A stretch of 63,693 nucleotides of DNA from the NCBI GenBank assembly GCA_016206585.1, contig JACQRE010000158.1, positions 1-63,693 on the forward strand. Direction: 5' to 3'. Positions 1 through 7,768 of the stretch are shown here, piece after piece. Each line of letters starts with the position of its first letter. Within the stretch, counting starts at the first letter, position 1. A program made the translations under genes and the position numbers. The notes beneath the pieces were generated by a model. It searched no databases. It had not been told where the DNA came from and saw only the letters and a program-made list of their open reading frames with translations. Source of the stretch: Candidatus Omnitrophota bacterium (GTDB lineage: Bacteria; Omnitrophota; Gorgyraeia; Aquiviventales; Aquiviventaceae).

Positions 1-2
1 GG

Positions 3-176
3 GAGCTGGAGATCACCGACGTGAACAATGCGTACATCCAGCGCGGCCAGATGGCCTACGACATCCTGGACGGCTGGTGGACGGACGCGGGGCTGCCGGA
101 GACGCTCTACCGGGCGACGACGCTGGTGCGCGAGCGCGCCCTGCGCGAAGGCCGCGTCGTCGAGAGGGCGGGATGA
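3..176 (+). CDS. rfbA: glucose-1-phosphate thymidylyltransferase, C-terminal fragment (5' end lies outside the window)
   Basis: Frame 3 reads [57 protein letters not shown], an RmlA-type C-terminus. rfbB and rfbD follow. Confidence 0.75.
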   Translation, partial: ELEITDVNNAYIQRGQMAYDILDGWWTDAGLPETLYRATTLVRERALREGRVVERAG

Positions 177-313
177 TCCCACCACCTGGCGGGTCCCGCC
201 AGAGGCGGGATGGCTCGCAGATGACCGTTTTAAACAGACTAAGCGAGCCCCGGCCGGTTGGCCTCAGGGCTCATGGGATTCGCCAACCGGCCGATCACCA
301 GGTGGTGGGATGA
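173..313 (+). repeat. ATGA-flanked intergenic element, copy 1: closing stem plus three hairpins
   Basis: The 14-bp stem 176-189 ATCCCACCACCTGG pairs perfectly with 298-311. Hairpins are 194-200/204-210, 212-218/243-249 and 251-262/282-293. ATGA occurs at 173-176 (stop of rfbA) and at 310-313 (start of rfbB). Confidence 0.8.
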
Positions 314-1347
314 CGCAGGTCTTGGTGACGGGCGGAGCCGGCTTCATCGGCTCGCACTTTATCCGGCTCTGGCTCGCAAGCCACCCGGATGACCGCGTCG
401 TCAACCTGGACCTCCTGACGTACGCCGGCTCGCGCGAGCGGCTCGCGGATCTGGAGGGCTCCTCCCGCTACCGATTTGTGCAGGGGACGATTGGCGATCC
501 CGCGGTGGTGCGGCAGGCGATGCAGGGCTGCGAGGCCGTGGTCCATTTCGCCGCGGAGACGCACGTGGACCGCTCCATCACCGACGCCGCACCGTTTCTG
601 CGCACGAACATTGAGGGGACCGACATCCTCCTGGACGCGGCGCGGGCAGGCGGTGTCGCGCGGTTCCTGCACGTGAGCACCGATGAGGTGTACGGGCCGG
701 TGCTGGAGGGGGAGGTGGATGAGCGGGCCCCCCTGTCCCCGCGCAGCCCCTACGCCGTCAGCAAGGCGGCCGGCGATCTGCTGGCCCAATCGTACTGGGC
801 GACGTACAGCCTGCCGGTGGTCGTGGCGCGGCCCACGAACATCTACGGGCCGGCGCAGTTCGTGGAGAAGTTCATCCCCCTGGCGATCATCAACAGCCTC
901 GAGGGGCTTCCGGTGCCGATCTACGGCGACGGGCAGCAGCGCCGCGCGTGGCTCTACGTCCAGGACGCCTGCGAGGCGGTCCGCACGATACTCGAGCGGG
1001 GGCAGCTGGGCGAGGTCTACAACATCGCCGGAGGCACCGAACAGCCGAACCTCGAGACGGCGCGGGCGATCGCGAAGCTGCTGGGCCGTCCGCCCGAGAG
1101 CCTGCAGCACGTGACGGACCGTCCCGGCCACGACCGGCGCTACGCGATGCACGACGCCAAGCTGCGCGCGCTGGGCTGGCGGCCGGCGACGCCATTTGAT
1201 CAGGGGCTAGCACAGACCGTGGCGTGGTACCGCGGCCAGCAGGACTGGTGGCGGCCACTGGCGAAGCGACTCCGTGAAGATCCTTATCACTGGCTCAACC
1301 GGTCTGCTCGGCCAGGCGCTGGGCGGCCATCTCGCAGCGCTCGGTGA
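310..1347 (+). CDS. rfbB: dTDP-glucose 4,6-dehydratase
   Basis: [17 protein letters not shown]..., YAVSKAAGD (YxxxK), DRPGHDRRYAMD. Typical RfbB length and motifs. Confidence 0.95.
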   Translation: MTQVLVTGGAGFIGSHFIRLWLASHPDDRVVNLDLLTYAGSRERLADLEGSSRYRFVQGTIGDPAVVRQAMQGCEAVVHFAAETHVDRSITDAAPFLRTNIEGTDILLDAARAGGVARFLHVSTDEVYGPVLEGEVDERAPLSPRSPYAVSKAAGDLLAQSYWATYSLPVVVARPTNIYGPAQFVEKFIPLAIINSLEGLPVPIYGDGQQRRAWLYVQDACEAVRTILERGQLGEVYNIAGGTEQPNLETARAIAKLLGRPPESLQHVTDRPGHDRRYAMHDAKLRALGWRPATPFDQGLAQTVAWYRGQQDWWRPLAKRLREDPYHWLNRSARPGAGRPSRSAR

Positions 1348-2233
1348 CGTGACCGGGGTCTCCAGGCGCCCACCAGCGTCGAGGGGAGGTTCTGCTCATG
1401 TCGCCTGCGACCTGCGCGACGCCGGCCGCGTGGCGGCGCTCGTTTCGCGGCTGCAGCCCGACGCCGTCATCCACTCGCAGGCGATGTCGGACGTGGACCA
1501 GTGCGAGCGGGATCCCGGCCTGGCGCGGGCGATGAACGCAAAGACCACCGCGAACCTCGTCCGGGCGCTGGGGGGCGCGCCGGCCGTGCTGCTCTACGTG
1601 AGCACCGACTACGTCTTTGACGGCGAGAAGGGACAGCCCTACAACGAGCAGGATGCGCCGCGGCCGATCAGCGTCTACGGGCAAAGCAAGCTCGAGGGCG
1701 AGCGGGAAGCGCTCCGCCATCCCCGCGCGGTGGTCGTCCGTCCCAGCACGCTCTTCGGGCCGGGACGGATGAACTTCTGCGACGCGATCGTGCGCGCCCT
1801 GCAGGAGGGGCGGACGATCGAGGCGTTCGTCGATCAGACGACCTCGCCGACGTACACCGAGGACCTGGCGGAGATGATGAAAGAGCTCATCGTGGTGTTG
1901 ACGCAATCGGGCCCTGCCCCCACACCAAACAGCGTCACCGGCGCAACAAGCCAAGCGACGCGTTTGGTGTGGGGGCGTGCCTCACGGATCGTGCACATGA
2001 GCAACGCGGGAGGGGCCAGCCGCGTGGCGTTCGCGCACCGGATCGCGGATCTCCTGGGCCGTTCCCGCGAGGCGGTGCGGCCGATCCGCATGGCCGATCA
2101 GCGCCGCCCGGCGAAGCGGCCGGCGTATTCCGCATTGACCAGCGCGGAGTTGGTGCCACTGACAGGGAGGATGATGCGACCATGGGACGACGCGCTGCAC
2201 GCCTATCTGCGCCAACGGGGCTGGCTCGGCTAG
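1274..2233 (+). CDS. rfbD: dTDP-4-dehydrorhamnose reductase
   Basis: GTG start gives MKILITGSTGLLGQAL, then STDYVFDG and YGQSKLEGE. It overlaps the rfbB 3' end by 74 nt and carries a ~20-aa in-frame insert. Confidence 0.9.
   Translation: MKILITGSTGLLGQALGGHLAALGDVTGVSRRPPASRGGSAHVACDLRDAGRVAALVSRLQPDAVIHSQAMSDVDQCERDPGLARAMNAKTTANLVRALGGAPAVLLYVSTDYVFDGEKGQPYNEQDAPRPISVYGQSKLEGEREALRHPRAVVVRPSTLFGPGRMNFCDAIVRALQEGRTIEAFVDQTTSPTYTEDLAEMMKELIVVLTQSGPAPTPNSVTGATSQATRLVWGRASRIVHMSNAGGASRVAFAHRIADLLGRSREAVRPIRMADQRRPAKRPAYSALTSAELVPLTGRMMRPWDDALHAYLRQRGWLG
1917..1975. repeat. 59-nt palindromic mini-element inserted in frame inside rfbD
   Basis: CCCCCACACCAAAC (1917-1930) pairs perfectly with GTTTGGTGTGGGGG (1962-1975). 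The loop contains GCAACAAGCCAAGCGAC. These are the same motifs as the intergenic hairpin families. Confidence 0.75.
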
Positions 2234-3519
2234 CCAAGAAGATCGCCGCCCGGCGCGCCCGCATCGGGGTGATCGGGCTCGGCTACGTGGGGCTGCCGCT
2301 GGCGGTGGAGTTCGCGAAGGAGGGGTTTTCCGTCACCGGGATCGACCTGGATCCCGCCCGGGTGCGCGGCGTCAACGCCGCGCGCTCCTACATCCTCGAC
2401 GTGCCGAGTGAGGACCTCCGCCGGCTGCGCGCCGCCAGACGGCTGCGGGCCACCGCCTCGTTCAACGTGCTCGGCGCGCAGGATGCCGTCATCATCTGCG
2501 TGCCGACCCCCTTGCGCAAGACGCGCGAGCCGGACATGTCGTACATCCTCTCCGCCACCAAGGAGATCGCGCGGCACATCCGAAAGGGGCAGCTCATCGT
2601 CCTGGAGAGCACGACCTATCCGGGCACGACCGATGAGGTGATCCTGCCGGCCCTGGAGGCGCGCGGGCTCACGGTGGGCCGGGACTTCTGCCTCGCCTTC
2701 TCGCCGGAGCGCATCGACCCGGGCAACGCCACCTACATGACCCGCACCATCCCCAAAGTCATCGGCGGCATCACGCCGCAGTGCACGAAGCTGGCGACGG
2801 TGCTGTACGGCTGCGCCATCCACCGGACCGTGCCCGTGTCCTCCTCGAAGGTCGCGGAGATGGTGAAGCTGCTGGAGAACACCTTCCGCGCGGTCAACAT
2901 TGGCTTGGTGAATGAGATCGCGCTGATCTGCGACCGGCTGGGCATTGACGTCTGGGAAGTCATCGACGCGGCGAAGACGAAGCCCTTCGGCTTCATGCCG
3001 TTCTACCCGGGACCCGGCATCGGCGGCCACTGCATCCCGTCGGATCCGATGTATCTGGCCTGGAAGGTGCGCGTGCACGGCTTCGAGGCCCGCTTCATCG
3101 AGCTGGCCACGCAGATCAACGGGGCGATGCCCGAGCACGTGGTGGAGAAGATCGGCGGCGTGCTCAATGCCCGCCGCAAGGCGCTGAAAGGCGCGCGCGT
3201 CCTCCTGCTGGGGCTCGCCTACAAGAAGGACGTCGGCGATCTGCGCGACTCGCCGGCGTTCGACGTCGCGCGCCTCCTGGAGCAGCGGGGGGCTGTGGTG
3301 GACTACCACGACCCGTTCGTGCCCTCGACCGAGCTCAACGGCCGCCGGCGCTCCTCGTCGCCGCTGACGCCCGCCACGTTGCGGCGCTCCGACTGCGCCG
3401 TGGTCCTGACGAACCACTCGAAGGTGGATTACACCCTGGTGCTGCGCTGGGCCCCGGCCGTTGTGGATACGCGGAACCAATACCAGGGGACCAGATCAAA
3501 GAAAATCGTGAAGCTATGA
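2182..3519 (+). CDS. nucleotide-sugar 6-dehydrogenase (UDP-GlcNAc/ManNAc dehydrogenase family, TviB/WbpO/WecC-like)
   Basis: RIGVIGLGYVGLPLAVEF, GGHCIPSDP (catalytic Cys), LGLAYKKDVGDLRDSP. The start is uncertain: ATG 2182 overlaps rfbD by 52 nt. Confidence 0.88.
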   Translation: MGRRAARLSAPTGLARLAKKIAARRARIGVIGLGYVGLPLAVEFAKEGFSVTGIDLDPARVRGVNAARSYILDVPSEDLRRLRAARRLRATASFNVLGAQDAVIICVPTPLRKTREPDMSYILSATKEIARHIRKGQLIVLESTTYPGTTDEVILPALEARGLTVGRDFCLAFSPERIDPGNATYMTRTIPKVIGGITPQCTKLATVLYGCAIHRTVPVSSSKVAEMVKLLENTFRAVNIGLVNEIALICDRLGIDVWEVIDAAKTKPFGFMPFYPGPGIGGHCIPSDPMYLAWKVRVHGFEARFIELATQINGAMPEHVVEKIGGVLNARRKALKGARVLLLGLAYKKDVGDLRDSPAFDVARLLEQRGAVVDYHDPFVPSTELNGRRRSSSPLTPATLRRSDCAVVLTNHSKVDYTLVLRWAPAVVDTRNQYQGTRSKKIVKL

Positions 3520-3520
3520 G

Positions 3521-3575
3521 AGCGCGGAGTGCGGAATTCGGAGTTCGGAGTGGAAGCGTCATTCCGAACTGCGTC
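3521..3575. repeat. heptamer-repeat hairpin (CGGAGTn family)
   Basis: GCGGAGT GCGGAAT TCGGAGT TCGGAGT at 3524-3551, followed by the complementary ATTCCGAACTGCG at 3561-3573. Confidence 0.6.
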
Positions 3576-3595
3576 TTCATGAGAGGTTGTCTGTG

Positions 3596-4540
3596 ATGGC
3601 GAAATACTTGGTGACGGGGGGCGCGGGGTTCATCGGGTCGCACATCGTGGACCGGCTCCTCGCGCTGGGACATCAGGTCCGCGTGATGGACGACCTCTCG
3701 TCGGGCAACCTGGAGAACCTCGCCGGGGTGCGCGCCACGATCGAGCTCGTCCAGGCGGACATCCGCGACCGGCAGGCGATGGCGAAGGCCTGCGCCGGGG
3801 TGGAGCGCATCATCCACGCGGCGGCCTGGCGCAGCGTGCCGAAGTCGATGGCCGATCCGTACGGCTACACCGATGTGAACGTCCTGGCCACGGCCAGCCT
3901 GCTGGAGCAGGCGGTCAACGCCAAGGCGAAGCGGGTCGTCTGCGTCTCGTCCAGCTCGGTCTACGGCGAGACCGACCGAGTGCCGCTGCGCGAGGACCAA
4001 CCGACGCTGCCCATCTCCCCCTACGCCGCCTCCAAGCTGATCGACGAGATCCTCTGCGGCCTCTTCTCGCGCAGCTTCGGCCTCGAGACGGTGTCGGTGC
4101 GCTACTTCAACGTGTTCGGGCCGCGCCAGAGCCTGGAGAACGACTACGCGGTCGTGATCCCCAAGTTCATCTCGTGCCTCCTGCGCAAGGAGCCGCCGCC
4201 GGTCTACGGCGACGGCAAGCAGTCGCGCGACTTCACCTACGTGGAGAACGTGGTGGAGGGCACCATCGCCGCCTCGCAAGCGCCCGGCGTCAACGGCGAG
4301 GTGTTCAACATCGCCCTCGGCGAGGAGCACACGGTGCTCGACCTCCTCAACGAGCTCAACGCGATCATGGGCTTGTCCGTTCCGCCCGCCTTCAAGCCGC
4401 CGCGGCCCGGCGACGTGCGCCGGACGCTGGCCGATCCGTCCAAGGCGATGCGGCGGCTCGGCTGGAAGGGGACGGTTCCGTTCGCCGAAGGGCTGCGCCG
4501 CACCGTCGAGTGGTTCTGCGCGCATCCGCCTGGGTCATGA
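3596..4540 (+). CDS. SDR-family NAD-dependent sugar epimerase (WbpP/TviC-like)
   Basis: [43 protein letters not shown] lies 9 nt upstream of the ATG. Confidence 0.88.
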   Translation: MAKYLVTGGAGFIGSHIVDRLLALGHQVRVMDDLSSGNLENLAGVRATIELVQADIRDRQAMAKACAGVERIIHAAAWRSVPKSMADPYGYTDVNVLATASLLEQAVNAKAKRVVCVSSSSVYGETDRVPLREDQPTLPISPYAASKLIDEILCGLFSRSFGLETVSVRYFNVFGPRQSLENDYAVVIPKFISCLLRKEPPPVYGDGKQSRDFTYVENVVEGTIAASQAPGVNGEVFNIALGEEHTVLDLLNELNAIMGLSVPPAFKPPRPGDVRRTLADPSKAMRRLGWKGTVPFAEGLRRTVEWFCAHPPGS

Positions 4541-4567
4541 CCACGCGTTGCTTCACGCTGCGGGCTC

Positions 4568-4616
4568 CAGGCTACAAGCTGCAGCTTGCGGCTTGTAGCT
4601 TGCGGCTTGCAGCCTG
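4568..4616. repeat. heptamer-repeat hairpin (GCTTGCG family)
   Basis: GCTTGCG GCTTGTA GCTTGCG GCTTGCA at 4584-4611. Segment 4568-4583 pairs with 4601-4616 (14 Watson-Crick pairs plus 1 GU out of 16). Confidence 0.65.
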
Positions 4617-4621
4617 ATCGC

Positions 4622-5737
4622 ATGCAGCACGCCCATATCCCGCTCATCGATCTTCAGGCCCAGTATCGCTCGATCCAGCGCGAGGTTGACGCCGCGATCC
4701 GGCGCGTGGTCGCGCGCGGCCAGTTCGTCTTGGGGCCGGAGGGCGACGCGCTCGAGCGGGAGCTGGCGGCCTACTGCGGGACGCGCCATGCGGTCGCACT
4801 GGCGTCGGGGACCGACGCGCTGGAGCTCTCGCTGCGAGCCCTCGGCATCGGCCCGGGAGATGAGGTGGTCACGACCGTCTTCAGCTTCTTCGCCACCGCC
4901 GAGGCGATCATCGCCGCCGGTGCCACCCCGGTCTTCGCCGACATTGAGCCGCAGAGCTACACGCTCGATCCGGAGGCCGCCGCGCGCGCCGTGACCCGAC
5001 GCACCAAGGCGATCATCCCGGTCCATCTCTACGGCCACCCCTGCGACATGGGGCGGATCGCGGCCCTCGCGCGCCACCGGCGGCTGCAGGTGATCGAGGA
5101 CTGCGCGCAGGCGATCGGTGCCACGTGGCGCGGGCGGCGCGTCGGCGGATTCGGCGCGGCCGGCTGCCTGAGCTTCTATCCGAGCAAGAACCTCGGCGGC
5201 TACGGCGACGGCGGCATGGTGGTGACCAACGACGCGCGGCTGGCCAGGGCCCTGCGGCTGCTGCGCAACCACGGCGGCCGCCAACGCTACCAGCACCTCG
5301 TCCTGGGGAAGAACAGCCGGCTCGATGAGCTGCAGGCGGCCATCCTGCGCGTCAAGCTGCGCTACCTGGACCGGTGGAACGCCGCGCGCCGCCGGCATGC
5401 GCAACGCTACGCCGCGGCGTTGACCCGGCGCGGCCTCCGCCGCGCGGGGTTGCCGAAGGAACAGCCCGGCTGCCGGCACGTCTACCACCTCTATACGATC
5501 CGCTCCTCGGCACGCGCACGCCTCATCCGCGCGCTTGGCGGGCAGGGCATTGCGACGCAGGTGGCGTATCCCTCCACGCTGGCCGCGCAGCCGGCCCTCA
5601 GGCCGCTGCGGCTGCGGGCCGGACGATTTCCCGTGGCTGAGCGGGCTGCGCGCGAGGTGCTGGCTCTGCCGATGTATCCGGAGCTGACCGGCCGCGCCAT
5701 CGATCGCATCGCGCGGGTAGTAGCACAATCCGCTTGA
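4622..5737 (+). CDS. DegT/DnrJ/EryC1/StrS-family sugar aminotransferase
   Basis: IPLIDLQAQYRSIQREVDAAI, GTDALELSL, SFYPSKNLGGYGDGG. Confidence 0.92.
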   Translation: MQHAHIPLIDLQAQYRSIQREVDAAIRRVVARGQFVLGPEGDALERELAAYCGTRHAVALASGTDALELSLRALGIGPGDEVVTTVFSFFATAEAIIAAGATPVFADIEPQSYTLDPEAAARAVTRRTKAIIPVHLYGHPCDMGRIAALARHRRLQVIEDCAQAIGATWRGRRVGGFGAAGCLSFYPSKNLGGYGDGGMVVTNDARLARALRLLRNHGGRQRYQHLVLGKNSRLDELQAAILRVKLRYLDRWNAARRRHAQRYAAALTRRGLRRAGLPKEQPGCRHVYHLYTIRSSARARLIRALGGQGIATQVAYPSTLAAQPALRPLRLRAGRFPVAERAAREVLALPMYPELTGRAIDRIARVVAQSA

Positions 5738-5813
5738 GTAGCCTATAATAAATGGCAATATTTTATAAAATTGTATCGGCGCCCTCTTCACCACCACAAC
5801 CCAGGAGCCTGCC
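5734..5813 (+). promoter_or_regulatory. AT-rich promoter/operator island upstream of the LexA-like gene
   Basis: A ~45-bp AT-rich patch in a GC-rich genome. It has TTGAGT(5734-5739)-N17-AATATT(5757-5762), a perfect TATAAT at 5744-5749, and the 12-bp palindrome ATTTTATAAAAT at 5760-5771. AGGAG lies 6 nt before the GTG at 5814. Confidence 0.5.
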
Positions 5814-6113
5814 GTGACCAAACAAGCCCTCACCCAGAAGCAGCAGGTGGTCCTCGAGTTCATTCAGCGCTTCTTCACGGAGCACCGGAAGTCGCCGCTC
5901 ATCCGGGAGATCCAAACCGGCTGCCAGATCGCCTCGTACAAATCCGCCATTGACCGGCTCAACGCGCTGGAGCGCAAAGGGTTCATCAGGCGGGCGTCCA
6001 ATAAGCACCGGGGCATCCGGTTAGTGCGCCGGCTGGCCGTTGAAGCGCCGGTGGCCGCCGGAGGGCCGCCGCCGCTGGGCGAGGGAGCGGCCGAGGGAGC
6101 CTCGGTGGTATGA
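5814..6113 (+). CDS. LexA-like winged-helix DNA-binding protein lacking the S24 peptidase domain
   Basis: [29 protein letters not shown]...[17 protein letters not shown]...RGIRLV matches the LexA N-terminal domain. A VAAG motif follows. The protein ends after 99 aa. Confidence 0.75.
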   Translation: MTKQALTQKQQVVLEFIQRFFTEHRKSPLIREIQTGCQIASYKSAIDRLNALERKGFIRRASNKHRGIRLVRRLAVEAPVAAGGPPPLGEGAAEGASVV

Positions 6114-6253
6114 TCCCACCACCTGCGCCCCCTTGCCGCAGGCAAGGCACGAAGCGCGCCATGACCAGTCTTGCGGATTTTCAACCGCGCGCTTCGGCGT
6201 GGCGGCCTGCTGTGACGACCATGAGCCGCCGCGAGGCGCAGGTGGTGGAATGA
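6110..6253 (+). repeat. ATGA-flanked intergenic element, copy 2
   Basis: Stem 6113-6128 pairs with 6236-6251 (15/16). Hairpins are 6131-6137/6141-6147, 6150-6159/6187-6196 and 6199-6206/6225-6232. ATGA occurs at 6110-6113 (stop) and at 6250-6253 (start). Confidence 0.8.
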
Positions 6254-7212
6254 GAGTCCTCGTCACCGGCGGGGCGGGGTTCATCGGCTCCCATCTGTGC
6301 GACCGGTTTCTCCGGGACGGCCATGAGGTCGTCTGCGTCGATAACTTCCTGACCGGCAGCCGGACCAACATCGCGCACCTGCGTGCGCAGTCGGCGTTCC
6401 GGCTCATCGAGCACGACATCTCGAAGCCGCTCACCCTCGACGGGGCGATTGACGCGATCCTCCATTTCGCCTCGCCGGCCAGCCCGATCGACTACCTGAA
6501 GCTGCCCATCCAGACGCTGAAGGTCGGCTCGCTGGGCACGCTCAACGGCCTGGGGATCGCGAAGGCCAAGCAGGCGCGGTTCCTGCTCGCGTCGACCTCG
6601 GAGGTGTACGGCGACCCCAGCGTCCATCCGCAGCCCGAGAGCTACTGGGGGCACGTGAACCCGGTCGGGCCGCGCGGCGTCTACGATGAGGCCAAGCGGT
6701 TCGCCGAGGCGATCACGATGGCCTACCACCGGGAGCACCAGGTGGCCACGCGCATCGTGCGGATCTTCAACACGTACGGCCCGCGGATGCGCATGCAGGA
6801 CGGCCGGGCGATCCCGGCGTTCATCACGCCAGCGCTGCGGGGGGAGCCGATCACCGTGTTCGGGACGGGGGCGCAGACGCGCTCGTTCTGCTACGTGGAC
6901 GACCTCGTCGAGGGGATCGTGCGGCTGCTCCACTCCGATCACGCCGAGCCGATGAACCTGGGCAATCCGGAGGAGTACACGATCCTGCAGCTGGCCCAGC
7001 GCATCATCGAGGCCACGGGAAGCAAAAGCCGCATCGTCTACCAGACGCTGCCCCAGGACGATCCCAAGCAGCGGTGTCCCGACATCACGCTGGCAACGCG
7101 GACGCTGCAGTGGCAGGCGGCGACCCCGCTGGCCGCCGGGCTGCCGAAAACGATCGAGTGGTTCAGAACAGCCATGGGGCTGGCGTCCGCCGCAGGAGCG
7201 CGCCATGGCTGA
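6250..7212 (+). CDS. UDP-glucuronate decarboxylase (UDP-xylose synthase)
   Basis: [58 protein letters not shown]. Confidence 0.92.
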   Translation: MRVLVTGGAGFIGSHLCDRFLRDGHEVVCVDNFLTGSRTNIAHLRAQSAFRLIEHDISKPLTLDGAIDAILHFASPASPIDYLKLPIQTLKVGSLGTLNGLGIAKAKQARFLLASTSEVYGDPSVHPQPESYWGHVNPVGPRGVYDEAKRFAEAITMAYHREHQVATRIVRIFNTYGPRMRMQDGRAIPAFITPALRGEPITVFGTGAQTRSFCYVDDLVEGIVRLLHSDHAEPMNLGNPEEYTILQLAQRIIEATGSKSRIVYQTLPQDDPKQRCPDITLATRTLQWQAATPLAAGLPKTIEWFRTAMGLASAAGARHG

Positions 7213-7621
7213 TCGACCTCCGCGTCCCTGGACCGCGATCGGGCTCGGCCTCGTGTTCGGCCTCTATGCCGTGCTCCTCGTCGCCGCGGTGCGCACGGGA
7301 GCACACCAGGCGTTCACCGGATGGACGGCGAAGCTGCTCACACTCGGCGGCATCGCCCTCGGGCTGCTGCCGTGGGGGGCGTGGCTACGGCCCCGGATCG
7401 TGTGGGGCCTGGGGCTTCTGGGGTGCTGGGCGCTGGTGGCGTGCTACCTCGTCCTGCTGGCACCCATCGCGCTGGTGGTCCGTCTCATCGGCGATCCGCT
7501 CAGCCGCCGGCGGCCCGCCCCCCCACCAACCAGGTTGGTGGGGGGGCCCGCCGGCTCCTCGCACTGGCTGGCGCGGCCCCCGCTGCCCAATACGCTTGAC
7601 GCTGCCCGTGTTGAGTACTGA
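7205..7621 (+). CDS. small polytopic membrane protein, SxtJ-like
   Basis: Three or four hydrophobic spans, then [13 protein letters not shown]. It lies immediately upstream of a carbamoyltransferase, as SxtJ-type genes do. Confidence 0.6.
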   Translation: MADRPPRPWTAIGLGLVFGLYAVLLVAAVRTGAHQAFTGWTAKLLTLGGIALGLLPWGAWLRPRIVWGLGLLGCWALVACYLVLLAPIALVVRLIGDPLSRRRPAPPPTRLVGGPAGSSHWLARPPLPNTLDAARVEY

Positions 7622-7752
7622 ATCACCAATGACCAAATTCCAAACACCACATAATCACCAAACATCAATGCACCAATCACCAAACCGTTTGGTGATTCGG
7701 TCATTGGTCCATTGGTCATTATGTGGTGATTGGAATGTGGTGTTTGGTTATT
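7621..7752. repeat. long imperfect hairpin, CACCAAn/TTGGTGA family, copy A1
   Basis: ~65-nt arms around centre CAAAC-C-GTTTG (7681-7691). AT-richer than the flanks. Starts at the last base of the SxtJ-like stop codon. Confidence 0.8.
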
Positions 7753-7768
7753 GCGAGCGTGCGGTGTG

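Noticed and set aside
173-313. The cloverleaf-like ATGA-flanked elements as tRNA or tmRNA genes.
   Set aside because: They are about 135 nt long. They have no T-loop (GTTCRANYC) and no D-loop or anticodon-arm geometry. Their interior sequences are not conserved between copies.
1274-1347. The 74-nt rfbB/rfbD overlap as a frameshift or pseudogene signal.
   Set aside because: Both proteins are full length with intact motifs. The RfbD N-terminus MKILITGSTGLLG fixes its start, and the RfbB tail after WW is of normal length. The overlap appears genuine.
5760-5771. The palindrome ATTTTATAAAAT as a canonical SOS box.
   Set aside because: It does not match the CTGT-N8-ACAG consensus or the Gram-positive GAAC-N4-GTTC consensus. 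I kept it only as a generic operator candidate.
4553-5863. Long minus-strand ORFs: 4553-5863, 17220-18581, 19812-21578, 23864-25732, 41160-43259, 44234-45619, 56635-58404 and many others.
   Set aside because: Each lies antisense to a + strand ORF with clear enzyme motifs. Their products are Arg/Pro/Gly/Ala-rich with no recognisable domains. These are the open antisense frames expected at about 68% G+C.
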